A stretch of DNA of 64,000 nt, from the NCBI GenBank assembly GCA_951406725.2, contig OX597814.1, forward strand, positions 170,934,001 to 170,998,000, read 5' to 3'. Positions 12,700 through 26,250 of this stretch are shown in pieces. Position numbers and translations under genes: made by a program. A model generated the notes under the pieces. The model saw nothing but the letters and a program-made list of their open reading frames with translations, did no database searches and had not been told where the DNA came from. Numbering within the stretch: the first letter of the stretch is position 1; every line of letters starts with the position of its first letter. The DNA is from Octopus vulgaris (Eukaryota).

Positions 12700-14290
12700 A
12701 GCAAATGACTAGAACCAAAAATCATTGAAATAATAATAGTAGTATATGAAAATATTGAGGTGTTGATGAAAGATGTTACCATCGAGAGAGCAAATAGATA
12801 AAAAGGTAGGAATGGGCCATGGCTTCTGACTGGAAAAGATTAGAAGTCTCCACAAGAAATCCAAGAGAATCAACTGTATAGCTGTGGTTGAATAACAGAA
12901 CAGAACTTGATTGATTGAGAGGCAAAATATATACTAAATATATGTCTACTACTTATGTCAGTAATCCTTATAGGGATAATTGTAGAACAGGTATACCTAA
13001 GAATACTTGATGAACAGAAGGGCTGCAGGAAAAAAAAAAGCAAAACATTGAAAGACCAGTTGACAAAGTCATCAAGATGGCTTTGACAAAGTGTAGAAAA
13101 GAAACAACAAATTTGTGCATCATGTGAATTGAGCAGGGCTTAGAATTTGTTTAAGATTTCAAAAAAGATATCTGTTAGAAAAGGCAATGCAACATTGGGA
13201 AATAGAGTTAGGAGAAACATTAGAAGAAGAATCTTTCAAAGGGACAACCACTCTCCTCACTCTTCTGTTATTGTACTGATGCTTTTGTTGATTACATAAA
13301 CAAAGCTGGAGTAGGAACCACTAAGTAGAGAAAAGATGAGTTGAAGGATATCAATAGGAAGACAAGGATGTAACTTATACTGCACAGAAGCAATCTGATA
13401 TTGGCTGGATATGCTAGAAAAGAACAGCCAAAGGAAGAGTGTTGAAGAGTGTCAAAAAGCAAGAAGAACTAGAGAAAGCAAGCCTAGGTATCTTTCTATC
13501 TAGAAGAAAAAAAAATTGGAAAGACATTTTATAGAATGAGACACCAAAATAATGCATGTGTGTGTGTGGTGGGGGTCAAGCTTTGAAGGAAACATGCTTT
13601 ATTCAGTGTTTTACAAAAAGACAAAAGAGTTAAGAAATTACAAGAATGGTTGGATCTGGTTAAAGAAAAAAACTATTGAAGAGAAAAGTTCAAGGAATGA
13701 TTTTTAACAGCACAGGAGCACACACAAAGAGTAAATAGACTGCAAGGACTGTTCAACTAAATAAAGGACGTGCAATGATATAGATGATACCACAAATAGT
13801 TTCAAAATTCCCCATCTGGCAGAAAATGCATACAAACAGCGCAGGTATGGTAAGATTGTTCCAATAATTAACTGGAGTTTTTGCAAGAATTCAGTTTTGC
13901 ATGCACAGAAAAGAGGCACAACTATTTTGTGAGAATAAAAATGAAAGTTCTCAGAAATGATGACGGGAGGCTGTCAAGGAACTTTCCTATTCAAACTGGA
14001 AAGACAAGGGAACACAACAAACAGGATATTGGAATTGTTGATAAGAAACTATTTTTGGTAATCAGTGAGGCAAGTTCATTTGATACCAGAGGAATGAAAA
14101 AGGAAACTGGAATATTAGAGTATTTTACATTTGAAGTATGAAATCCTCAAATGTTGAAACTAAGATGTTAGCATGGTCATGATCATGTCAATTATCGATG
14201 GGGCCTTGGGTGCAGTGGCAAAGAATTTGAGAGCAAAGCTAGAAAGTTTCACCTGGAAGTGGGGGTGTAGTGCAACATAAGAACAGATAC
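12700..14290 (+). pseudogene. Decayed R4/Dong-like non-LTR retrotransposon (RT plus restriction-like endonuclease)
   Basis: Ordered broken motifs: GHGF-W-KRL, EQKGCR, KDQL, RRIFQRD (cf. RGIFQGDSLSP), NRKTR, WIWLKK, AQE, NFPIQTGKTREHNKQDIGIVDK (cf. WDFxIQTD..HNKPDI), IIDGALGAV. Confidence 0.75.
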
Positions 14291-14626
14291 AACATAAAGG
14301 ACTTTTATAAAGAAGGGGCCAAAAATAAATAAGTAAATAAATAAATAAATGCTCTCTATCCTAGATATGTTGTTGTTAGATAGAAAACATTGTTAAACTG
14401 GTTACAATAAAAAAACTGCGTAACAGCAGAAGAACAAAAAAAGAAAATATCAATTTACAAGACAAAGCACATTTGAATGAAAAGATTAATGAGGGTAGAA
14501 GAACATGAAGATTTCAATGGGAAGTAAAACAACTGCCTTTAAGCTACACAAGTATTTAGGTTGGATGTTTTATAGGATACAGGAGAATGTTATCTGGGTC
14601 ACATTACCATAGTAACATTCACTTAC

Positions 14627-14816
14627 TTAATGCTACAGATCCCTCTGCCGCCTCAAATTTAAGTGCTGAGTCCTTGTTTAACATGAAGGGGTTAACTGAA
14701 CATTTACTAAATACATAAACTCTAATCTCCAGAACAATCTGGAACAAGTCTAGCCCAATAGGTTTTGAGAAGAGTTTAGATTGTGACAGTTCATTAGTCA
14801 AGTGATTAAAGCAATT
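14627..14816 (-). CDS. Candidate 190-nt internal exon, unknown product
   Basis: Minus strand: TTTTCGTTTTTAATTAG| acceptor, |GTAAGT donor, stop-free frame NCFNHLTNELSQSKLFSKPIGLDLFQIVLEIRVYVFSKCSVNPFMLNKDSALKFEAAEGSVAL; non-repetitive. Confidence 0.25.
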
Positions 14817-15204
14817 CTAATTAAAAACGAAAAATTAAAATTCTAAAACACCTGCAACCTTTGTTAAGATAATTAGTCAGCCTGTCTTGCTACATCGTAA
14901 TAGTCATTTCTCATCTTAAGATCTGTTCTTTATTCAATGATACTTATAATTTCAATATACCAGTTATTTCTCACTTCTGCTGTTATACAGTCATAACATA
15001 TAATACAATATTATCATATCATTAGCTAGACCTGTCATATGTGTGATCTTCCTGGTTGTATAACCAACATGTGATGGAACAATTAATGCTGTTCAGTATT
15101 TAAAAAGTTATATGCTTAAGAGATTATAATTTTTTAGGCTTGTCTTTCACTTGTTTCAGTCAATGGACTGTGGCTAAGCTGGAACATTAACCCCAGTATT
15201 TAAA

Positions 15205-15342
15205 AAAAGAGTCAAGACTCTTGAAAAGGTTGCAAGACGCAACGAAAATTTTTAGGAAAATAAAAATAAGAAAATAAGTGGAAATTTTACCGGTGAGTGT
15301 GTTAAATTATAAAGTACAAAAAGAAAATGACTCTCCCCAGAC
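15205..15342 (+). mobile_element. Fragment of fold-back family P1 (putative Penelope-like terminus) with hammerhead-like motif
   Basis: AAGTGGAAATTTTACCGGTGAGTGTGTTAAA...ATGACTCTCCCCAGACA matches 48771-48840 and 28817-28880. Confidence 0.6.
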
Positions 15343-15544
15343 ATTTATATAGATTTTCTAAAGCTTTATATAGTGCTTTTTGAAAATATCCTTCTGCAAC
15401 TATATATATATATATAGCAGTTTGCCACAGCACACAATTTTGAGGATCACTGTATGTCTGTCTGTTTGCCACAGAGAGAGGTGGGAGAGAGGAGGGAGAG
15501 AGAAGAGAGAGAGAGAAGAGAGAGAGAGAGACTAAGACCTTTGT

Positions 15545-15900
15545 AATCATGTGGTTTGATGTTTAGTATCACAGCGCAACATCTTGGGTAAGTGTCCCCT
15601 ACCACAGCGCTGGGACCAACCGGGGCTTTGTGAGTGGATTTTGCAGATGGAAACTATGTAGAAACCTGTTGTATATATAAATATGTGTGCCTTTATGTTG
15701 TGTTTGTTCCCCCCATTGCTTGACAACCTTGTATTGGCTTGTTTAAATCCCTGTAATTTAGTGGTTCAGCAAAAGAGGGCCAATAGAATATGTACCAGAT
15801 TTAGAAGATAAGTCCTGAGGTTGATTTGTTTCACTACGCCCTTCAAGGCAGTGCTTCAGATTAATTGCAGTTCAATGACTGAGGCAAGAAGAAAAGAAAG
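15545..15900 (+). mobile_element. SINE family A, diverged near-full-length
   Basis: CATCTTGGGTAAGTGTC...GATGGAAAC...TTGCTTGACAACC...CAATGACTGAGGCAAG. Confidence 0.8.
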
Positions 15901-15918
15901 AAATGTGCAACACACTGT

Positions 15919-16388
15919 CATCATCATCGTTTAACGTCCGCTTTCCATGCTAGTATGGGTTAGACAATTTGAATGAGGGCTGGCGAACCAGATGGCTGCA
16001 TCAGGCTTCAATCTTGATCTGGTAGAGTTTCTACAGCTGGATGCCCTTCCTAATGCCAACCACTTCGAGAGTGTAGTGGGTGCTTTTACGGGGCCAGTAA
16101 GGCGGTACTGGCAACGACCTTGCTTGAATCTTTTACACATGCCACTGGCACAGGTGCAAGTAAGGCAATGCTGGTAACGATCACACTCGAATGGTGCCTT
16201 TTACGTGCCACCGGCACGGAGGCCAGTTAGCCGCTCTGGCAATGGTCATGCTTGGATGGTGCTCTTAATACCCTACTAGCACGGGGCTCCAGTGCCAGTA
16301 AGGGGACGCTGGTAACGATCACACTCGAATGGTGCCTTTTATGTGTCACCCCGCTAGCACAGATGCCAGTCATCGAATTTGATTTTGA
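15919..16388 (-). mobile_element. Retroposon family B (probably RTE-mobilised, (GAT)n tail) with internal repeats
   Basis: TCATCATCATCGTTTAACGTCCGCTTTCCATGCTAG...GGATGCCCTTCCTAATGCCAACCAC; GCTGGTAACGATCACACTCGAATGGTGCCTTTTA repeated twice. Confidence 0.85.
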
Positions 16389-16631
16389 TTAGTTTTAGGT
16401 GGTTTGTTGTTACTGATCAAATAGTTACAATGAAAAGCATTCTAAACAGTCTGTTCCCTCTTTTTCAGACACATTGTATTCTAAGCAACATTATGTGTAC
16501 TGTATAATGTCGGTTAGAATACAATGTGTCTGAAAATGAGGAGAAAAAGAGGGAACAAACTATGTTTAGAATGCTTTTCATTGTAACTATTTGATCAGTA
16601 ACAACAGTAACAACAAACTACCTAAAACTAA
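16389..16631. repeat. Imperfect inverted duplication (~105/125-bp arms, 9-nt spacer)
   Basis: TTAGTTTTAGGT...ACATTAT gtgtactgt ATAATGT...ACCTAAAACTAA. Confidence 0.9.
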
Positions 16632-16964
16632 GGCATTGCTTAGGTGTAAGCTTATTGCTTCAACTCCCATGAACTTATGATTTTATAATGACAATCTTAA
16701 CTAATTATCTACCTAGCTATCTTGGTACATTACAATTTCAGAAGGGGGAAAAAAATCCATAATTAAGATTTATGTGAAAGACTTCTAAAAAATTTAGTAC
16801 AGATACAGATTACAGACTAACACACATACACACACACAATTTAATAACCAGACAAGTAATAACATCTCTTTTCCAAATTTATACCAATTCATATACACCA
16901 CTAGCCCTGCAATAAGTACACACACACACACAAAGTGTGTACGTACGCACACACATACACACAC

Positions 16965-16999
<35 letters not shown>

Positions 17000-17000
17000 C

Positions 17001-17230
17001 GTGGAGGCGCAATGGCCCAGTGGTTAGAGCAGCGGACTTGTGGTTTTGATTCCCAGACCGGGCGTTGCGAGTGTTTATTGAGTGAAAACACCTAAAAGCT
17101 CCACGAGATTCCGGCAGGGGATGGTGATCCCTGCTGTACTCTTTCACCACTTTCTCTTCTGTTGGCCTGCTCGCTTAGCCAGCAGGGTGGCGTCATTCGA
17201 AGGCTAAAACAATGTGAATGCATTGTGACC
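17001..17230 (+). mobile_element. tRNA-derived SINE family D
   Basis: GTGGAGGCGCAATGGCCCAGTGGTTAGAGC A-box, GGTTTTGATTCCC B-box; homologous to 57425-57725; sits in (TA)n. Confidence 0.9.
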
Positions 17231-17252
17231 ATATATATATATATATACACAC

Positions 17253-17283
<31 letters not shown>

Positions 17284-18148
17284 CGCACGCACCTGTGCCT
17301 GGACATGAGCGCACACATACTCACACACACAATTGGATACCTATATAAAAATTTAGAACATTACAAAGTCTCAGCAATAGACAAAAGAGATTTTTACAAC
17401 ATATCTTCTGAACGTTTCTGTTAAAATTTAGTTGATCTTACAAAAAAAAAAAAAAAAAAATCACTGCAAAGCAAGCACAAACACACGCATACTCTCTGTC
17501 TCTATTTCAGCTACATTAAAATTCTTCTTAAATTGCTTATTTTCAGAAAAAAAGTCTAAATTTTTTTGTCTCTATTTTAACCAAATAATTCAGTTTTTCT
17601 GTTACTGGTTGCAGTCTATAGACTGTAAAAAGTTACTAGGGCACAAGAACCCCTGCAGATAAATTGATTGGATACAAGAATAATATCAACTGACTCCGGT
17701 ACTTCTTGGACCAAATCCACTACTTTCAGTGAAACTACTAAGCTGTTACATATCAAGAGTGAGTAACTGAGTGAGTAGATGAATTAGGGATACAAACACT
17801 ACAAAGACTTTTGCAGACATATGAGAGAGAGAGAGAAACTAAACAAAAGGGAAGATAAAGAATGGGGATGAAAATGAGCAGTTAGAAATGCAAAAACTCA
17901 GCAGACAAAGCAACATTAACAACAGAATTTATTAATTTCATCTCTTTGATGATTTGACAAAGAGGTAGGTTGAAAGGGTTAAGTAGAAGTTGGTCTGCAG
18001 ACATTGATTATTAGAATTAAGAACAGAATTAAAATAAATTCTCTTGTATCATTATGAGTAAAAATCAAGCACTCACGCACACACACGTGAACATTTTGCT
18101 CCAAACTCATTCACTAGCCTTGCACCTTTTTCTCTAAATCTGATATGA

Positions 18149-18377
18149 TAAACCCTTTAGTGTTCACATTATTCTGCCAAAGTTAATACTTTTTTATCCA
18201 CATTGTTTTGAACTAATCATGCATTATCTTGTAGTTATGAGATTTTGATGAGGTAGCTGTTAATTTTTAAAACGATATTGTAGGGTTGGTGTGAGAGACC
18301 AGATCTGGCCATTTTGAACATAAAACAGGCAGAATACTTTTGGTCGGAAATGGCCAGTTTAAATGCTAAAGAGTTAA
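18149..18377 (-). mobile_element. MITE-B
   Basis: AACCCTTTAG...CTAAAGAGTTAA terminal inverted repeats; reverse complement of 213-436. Confidence 0.85.
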
Positions 18378-18419
18378 AGAAGCTAAAGGAAGGAGGTATG
18401 CATGGAAAGAAAAAGCCCA

Positions 18420-18560
18420 CTGGGCCCCAACTCTGCTATTACATGACCCCATTGTAACAATAGATTTCATGTCCAAAATTGGTCTAATAAAGCACTTCAG
18501 GACTCATAAAGTGCAACGCTGATAACCGGGTCATCTTCAGAGACATGAAGGATGAAACTT
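18420..18560 (+). pseudogene. RTE-like LINE 3' end remnant (C2H2 finger plus tail)
   Basis: Broken PHCN..FMSKIGLIKHFRTH followed by GGTCATCTTC..GAAGGA. Confidence 0.45.
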
Positions 18561-19609
18561 ATAACATATAAAATTAAACATCTATGCAAGTGCATGCTCA
18601 GTAGAATTTAAAAACTATAAATATTAATTATTAACTGCAAAAAGCAAATAATTTCAAATTCATTATAAAAATGCTAATTTAAGGTATATAATTAAAAGCA
18701 CATTAGACCGGCAATTTCTCTGTGAATGAATGTGTGTGTGTGTGTGTGTGTGTATTACTGGCTGAACTTCTTGTAGGTATGAGACTGAAAGCAAATAAAC
18801 ACACACAGAAAAATCGTTATGTCTCAGAAGTTCATTAGATCTGCTCTAATTAGAACTAAATTTGTTTTGCTAGTTCCAATAGTGAAACAAATCTTAAGAC
18901 CATTTGGTCATATCGTTTTCATACATAATTAATAACACCATATAGTCTATGATTTAGTTAAATTAGTAAGCTTCCTTCGAATACTGTACTTTGTAGTACT
19001 TAAAAAACACAAGGTAGGCTGCACTATTTAGGCTTCTTAAGTGTATCAAGTCCTGTGTCAATGAATATAATGCAAGATGGGCAACAAGCTTAGAAACTGC
19101 TGTCACCCAGTTTGATTATTCATTGCCAATCAAGACATAACAAGCCTTTAACCCTACACTAAGAAAAGCAATGTGAGCCAGTTAGGATAGTGAGATTTAG
19201 CTGAGTAATAGGTAAAATGCTTATATCCTATCACGTTCTGAGTTCAAACATAGCAGGGACTGACTTTGTATTTCATCTTTAAGTAGTGGGGTTGATATGC
19301 ATTACGTCATTTCAACCAGAGCACAGCCATAAAGCATTTCGTCGAACAAATCTAAGTCCAGTACATATTCTTACGGGCTCTTTTGCCAAACTGCTATGGT
19401 ACCAGTGTTGGTTTCTTTACAAACAGTTATTATATTTGAAGGAGATCACGCGGTCGTTAGCCTCAAATCGCCAGGCCCAGTCGGCGTTTGTGAGAGATGC
19501 AGCATTGCGGATGAATGAAGCCAGTTTAACCCACCCCGGGTGAATGCTGTCAAGTCAAGTCTTTATAAACAGTTGAGGGTAGACACACGCAGTCAAGCAG
19601 TTGAGGGCA

Positions 19610-19644
<35 letters not shown>

Positions 19645-21728
19645 CTTCTACACAATTTTCATCTATCAAATGCATTTGGTAAATCTATTTTAACAAGTTT
19701 ATTCCTTCTGATGCATATTCACTTCGTTTAGCAATGAATTTGATCTAATAAAATCATAGTGAAATCTTAGTGCTGTAATAGGTTATTGTTGCATTTTGGT
19801 AAAGTCATATTAATTAAACTATTTGAGCTATGCTCAGAATTACTAATTAAAAGGATGAAAAACAAAGGACACACACACACAAAGCAGTGCTGTAAATAAT
19901 GTCTTTTTTTTCTTCGAAAGGCAGTAGCAGTTAAAAGTTATATAGATTTCTCTTCAACCTTGAAGAGGAATTGGAATACTTGAAATCATGTGTGCGTGCG
20001 TGTATGTGTACACAGATGTACAGACATCTGAATGTCTTTGTGGATGGTTGCTTGGCTAGCTAGCCGGCTGGATGTTTGTATGTGCTCATGTCTGCACATG
20101 TATGTGGAAATAACGGAGGAAAGTGAAGAGATGATGGTTAGAAGAAAAAAAAAAGATATAAAATAGGTGGCAGTACAAAAACAGTAAACTACCCCTATTA
20201 AAAAAAAAAATCTGGTTATTCAATTTATTTATTTACTATATTTATTTATTATATACATATTTTTATTATTAATTTCAGTTTCATTATTTACATCACTAAG
20301 CTCCCAATGTCGTTTCATTACAGCATATTAACTTCAAATGGTAAAGCCATCCGGAAGAAGATACATGTTTAGTTAAGAGCATGCAATGTAAATTACGAGA
20401 ACATAAGAGAGAATGTAGGATGCAAAATAAAACTTCTGAAACTAATCCTTTCTATTTAATTATGCAGTAAAAATTGCAATTTTTTAATTCATTTTGTTTT
20501 GCATATTCTTTTAATTATTTTATTTGCTTTATAAAAATTTAACTCCCTTCCCTATTCATCCATTCTCAAATTTATATTACAAAATTAATTTTTTAAAATA
20601 AATATACATAGATGTGTGTATATTCATGCATATGCACACATATACACACACACACATACATATATACATACATACATACAAGCCCAATCAAATCATGATG
20701 CTTTAAGTTTCAAATTGCAAATAAGCATTATACATTTCTTCGAAGAATTTGAAAATAATTTGATTAGCATGAGTAAAGAATACAGAAAATATAGCAAGTG
20801 AGATTTATTTAAAAATTCTAATTGAATTTTAATATTTAGGGGGGGGGGATGAGTGAGTGAGGGGTATGTGGTAAGGGTGGAATGGTTGAAATTTAATGTA
20901 AAAATTTTCAATTCTTTTCGTCCCCCATCCACCATTCATACAATAGCAGAAGGACGTAAAAGATAATCAACAAGATCAAGAACAACAACAACAACAGTAA
21001 TAACAACAAGAGCACTTAGGTAAAGAATTCCTTGAGAAACAGAAGAAACAATGTTTCCACTGAGTGATTCCAAAGTCACAACTTATAACAATTATTGCAT
21101 TAAGCACACGAGATTATGAAAATCCTATTAATTTTTCTTTTAAAATTTGAAAAGTCTTCAATATGCTTCGAGATAGAATACATTTATTTAGCAATATAAT
21201 AATAACAAATAAATAAAATTATTACTATTATCATTATCATTGTTGTTGTTACAATGTTAATAATAAATAAATAAATATATAACTAGAAAATGCATTAGTG
21301 GCACTAAAGGTTGGCCTTTTTGATTGCTACAACAATTAGTAGCCATCTGTAATCAATGATGCTTAATCTTTGCTAAAATGTTCTAACGCTTATCTAATCC
21401 ATTTGATGTTTATCATAAAACAATAATCTTTTCGAGCTATTATAAAATTTTGCATTGAATTTTATTTGTTTGCTTCTCTCCACCGTCACCATCCTTTTCA
21501 TATATTTTTTTTTTTGTTAATATATATTGTTTTTACTTTTTTTTTTCTATTATTGATTTTTGTGGATCTTTTATAAAAATTACATTCACATAGATTGTTT
21601 CTACTGGGCAAGATGATGATAAAAATAAAATTTTTTAAAAACGAATATAAAAAAGAACTTAACGATGCCTCAAAACATATGTTAAGTTTAATCTCAATTA
21701 ATCAAGACAACATAATGCAATATCATAT

Positions 21729-21764
<36 letters not shown>

Positions 21765-22459
21765 CCATATACTCTACTACATACATGTGTCTGTGTGCGT
21801 ATACGTTCATGTATGTGTACATTAATAGACACTAACAATTAATTTAAGAACCCGTCATAATAATTATTCTTAAAGAGTATAACTTAAACAGTGATCATGC
21901 ATGATGGAGAGGTGCAAAAGGCTTCTTGGCGTGAGGAGTAGATAGCTAATTCACATGATAACCGATAAACTGTTAGTATCGAAAGTGAAAATTTACTGCT
22001 TTATATAAAATACTTGTCTGTTAATAAATATTTCTAAGAGAAGGTGGCAAGGCACAAATTGTACATGGGTAGGAGTATGAACCCATCATGTCAACTGTTA
22101 TAGTAAGAGTACTTACTATATCAAACTTCGTAGGATTTGAACCCACAAAGTTGTTGATGGTGGTGGTGGTGGTAATGGATCTAAACACTGCAAGACAATT
22201 TGAATGCCAGTCTGTCAATTCAGCCATCCACAGACCAATACCAATAGTTAAGACTACATCTATCATTAATAATTCTTGACACTCCAAAACACTATACTCT
22301 TATGAAAGGGAATAAAAAGTAAATGAGAAAATGGAAAGCCTAGATGAGCTCTAAGGATTCTTTACATTTCGGCAACATTACCGCATGGAAGTAAATCATA
22401 AATGAAAAAATTGTATTTTAAATAAGCAAAGATTGTGACAAGTATTGATGTGTGTGTGT

Positions 22460-22510
<51 letters not shown>

Positions 22511-23667
22511 CACACAAAACACACAAGCCTCTGTCTGTAAGTATGAATGTATGTATATGTACCCTGACATTATTTACTCACTTTAGCGTAAAACAGTATC
22601 ACTGCTTAGGTGTCACAGTGTGTATACTTGCAGTTACAAAATGTCTGGCTACTTACTAAATAGTCTGGCGTTTGAAAGACCAGGAGAATATGTACCTCAT
22701 ATGAAAAAAAAGCAAGCGTTGGTGATAAGAGTAGCTGATGATAGAATATTGTTACTTCTATAAATGAATCTCATTTTATTTATTCCGCTATCCATTTTCT
22801 CCCTTAAAACTATATTTTTCTCCAAATTTTATTTCTTTTGTGTATACATGTGTGCCTGTGTTTGTTTGCACACATGTGTACAAAAACAGAATTGTTTTAG
22901 TTTCAATATGTATGTGTCTTGCTAAAAACAAAAGCCTCCCTTTCTGTCTCTCTCTCCCAAGCCTGATACACAAACACACATATCTACCAATACATCACAC
23001 CTACAGTTGTATAGAAAATGGGTGAAAAGTGAACACACACATACATGCATACAGATATAGTGGGGGGAAAGAACAAGATGGTTAAGAACAATACATATAT
23101 GTATTGTTTCGAACTAAATCCCAACAGGTGAGCCAGACACCATTTAATGATGCCACTTTCAGACATTATTGTATTACTGTAGCATACCATTGAAAAGATT
23201 GCTGGCAGGCACATTAGCTAGTAACAGAGTTTTGATGGTTTACAGGTGTAGTTCCATGGTATATTCAATCTATTGTGGTTTCAAATTATAGGCCCAAACT
23301 TTGGTCATAATAATAAATGTGGAGCCGTATTGATTATGCTGTACTGAATTAAGTTACAAGGTGTGTGGAAAATGGTGAACTTATGAAAGCTTTCCTGCTG
23401 GTGGACTTTATTTACATTTGCATAAGTATGTGCATGTAAATGTTTGTGTATTAATATAGTGGTTTTTTTTTCACATTTGCAAATATCATATCTATGTATA
23501 TATGTGAACATATACATGCACATACCTACATATATAAATTCACATGCACACATGAACACACACATGTATCTAGATTATAATATTTATTTATTTATATATT
23601 ATAAAATCTACACACATATATGTGAAATGAAGAAAAGGAAAGGTGTGTGTGTGTGTATATGCACCAG

Positions 23668-23769
23668 GCCAGATCAGACTGGAGCCTGGTGCAGCCTTCT
23701 GGCTTCCCAGATCCCCGGTCAAACCGTCCAACCCATACTAGCATGGAGAACGGACGTTAAACGATGATG
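23668..23769 (+). mobile_element. Family B 3' fragment
   Basis: GCCAGATCAGACTGGAGCCTGGTGCAGCC...GGACGTTAAACGATGATG. Confidence 0.9.
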
Positions 23770-23770
23770 G

Positions 23771-23804
<34 letters not shown>

Positions 23805-25903
23805 TGCTGTAACCAATGTAAGCTTTGGACACACAAGAAGTGTAGTGTAATTACAAGCAGGCTAAATGAGAAGGTAAGCTTTATATGTGACAGATGTATT
23901 GGAGCAATGCACACTCGGAAATAGAGCACAATCAGAAATAGAATGTTTTAAACATCCTTATGGCTAACAAGAAGTAGTTGATAACTTCTGCTATCAAGGA
24001 GATATAGTAAGATAGTTGCTCTAGAAAGTATAGCAGCTGAGGTAATAATGGATTGGAAAACATTTGGGATGCTAATGATACAATTTACTCTTTCCCTTCA
24101 GAGTGAAGGACAGTTTGTATGATGTTTGTGTTATAAATACAATGTCGTATAGTAGCAAGACATAGGCATGGCCTGTCAAAGGCTTCCACAGACTACGAAG
24201 AACGGAAGCAAGATTACAAATGAAGTTATAAGAATCAGGTGTAGTGTGCAAGAGAACAGGCAGCACAGGTATGGGTATGTGAAGTATATAAAAGGAAAAT
24301 TGCTGGATACAAAAGTGTCAAATACTCCAAGTTAGTGAAACCTATAGAAAAAGAGATTTGATGATATTGCACTTCACAAAAATGATAATAAAGGACTGTA
24401 CAGGTTGGCAATATGTGGTGCTACAGAAGACTCATGGCCTTTCAACAAAGAACAACTGAAGTGCTTAAAAAGTCATGATACAACACATACACACACAATT
24501 ATAAGAATTGATTAAATGCCGTTTGTGTTATTTTTTACATATACATTTATGTTCTACAAGACACATCATACAACTTTATACATCCTCCCCAACAATTACA
24601 CCACAACTCTTGCAACTCCTCAATGAGTCCCAATCTATTCATGATTCCTCATTTCATATTTTATGTTTGGCCTGCTGTACAACCAATCTACATGCCCTTT
24701 GCCAGGTTACCTTTATTGCCATCCCACTACCTACCTGCTCAGCACCCACCCACAGTCTCCTTTCCTACCCCTCTCTTTCACTACCTCTTTCCACTCTTCC
24801 CCCACCTCAGATACTCCTGGGCCATCCATACTCTGCCTTTCCTCTTCTGCCTGTGGCTACAGGTACCCTCTAGCAATTTATTCCCCTAATTACTCCCATT
24901 ACATTCAACCACAGCTTCCTCAACCCCCACCATCTTTCACAGCCCCTTTTCCATAACTGTGCTCCACAACACCCCATCTCATCCTGGTCTATGCCCACTT
25001 CCCTCCAATGACACTTTTAAAGTTCCTCTGAACCCTAGTCCCTTACTCTCCCCTTTTTCTCAAATCTTGTCCATACTTCCCTTATAATGTAGGTAGCCAT
25101 ATACTCCATCTACACATCCCATTATCATCTTTCTGATGCATCCCACCCATCACTTCCCAAAAGCCCTTGATGATAAATCCTTCCCTTTTCTTTGTTCCCT
25201 ACCATACTCCTTCCCCCAATCAGTGCCAACTCCACTACCTTCTGAATCACTCTACTACTACACATCAGAACCTGTATTATCTTAACCACAGTGCACTCTT
25301 TCATGAAACTGGCACTAGAGAGATCATCATATCTTTGACCCTAATGAAGGGTCCTCTTATTTTCTCATGGTACCAACATTACAGAGAATTGCTATGTCTT
25401 TCACAAGACTAAAGGGTCCTTTGACACCATGTCTGTAAACACACACAAGTTAAAGCAATATAGTACTGAAATCAAGCAAAATAGCTAGCTGTAAAATCTA
25501 AAGAAGAGATCAGAGTAGTAACTGTACTAACAAATAAAGACAATCAATCTTACCAATATAATATGATTGCAATGATCGAGGCTGAATGAATATCTTACCT
25601 GAAAAGAGAAAAAAACATCCAAAATTAAATATAAAAAGCAAAAACTTTTTTTTAATAAATATTATATAAATAGTATTATTTAAAGTAGATTTTTTTTAAA
25701 AAATCAACAACACAAATAATATAAAGGAGAAATAAAACCAGGAATATTGTATAAAAGAAAATTTTATATGGAAACTTTTAAAAACCTCCAGATTGTAAGT
25801 GCCTTAGTTTCACCCAAGTGCACTGGCAGAAATCAAATATAAGAATAATGCTTGTAATTTGGTAAATGCCTACATGTCAATGCAGAAAAGATAAATATAT
25901 AGA

Positions 25904-26250
25904 AGCAGGTACAGCTGTGTGGTTAAGGTCACCTTGTAACTATGTGGTTTTGGGTTCAGTCTCACTACACAGCACCATGAGCAAGTATCTTCTACTACAG
26001 CTGACCAATGCCTTGTGAGTGAATCTGGTAGATGGAAACTGTGGAAACCAGTCACAAATGTGTGTGTGTGTTTACCCAGCACTTGACAACTGGTGTTGTC
26101 AATGACTTAGCAACTTGGCAAAAGTGACCTAATAGAGTAAGCACCAGACCTATAAATAAATACTGAGGTCAATCTCTCAGACTGAAACTCTTCACGGCAG
26201 CAGCTGAACATGGTTGCAGTCTGATGATTGAAACCAGTAGAAAGATAAAC
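25904..26250 (+). mobile_element. SINE family A, diverged
   Basis: GCTGTGTGGTTAAG head, GGGTTCAGTC, GGTAGATGGAAACTG, ATGGTTGCAGTC tail. Confidence 0.8.

Noticed and set aside
17001-17075. tRNA gene-like sequences (also 46707, 57425)
   Set aside because: A/B boxes are SINE heads; no complete cloverleaf, and followed by SINE body
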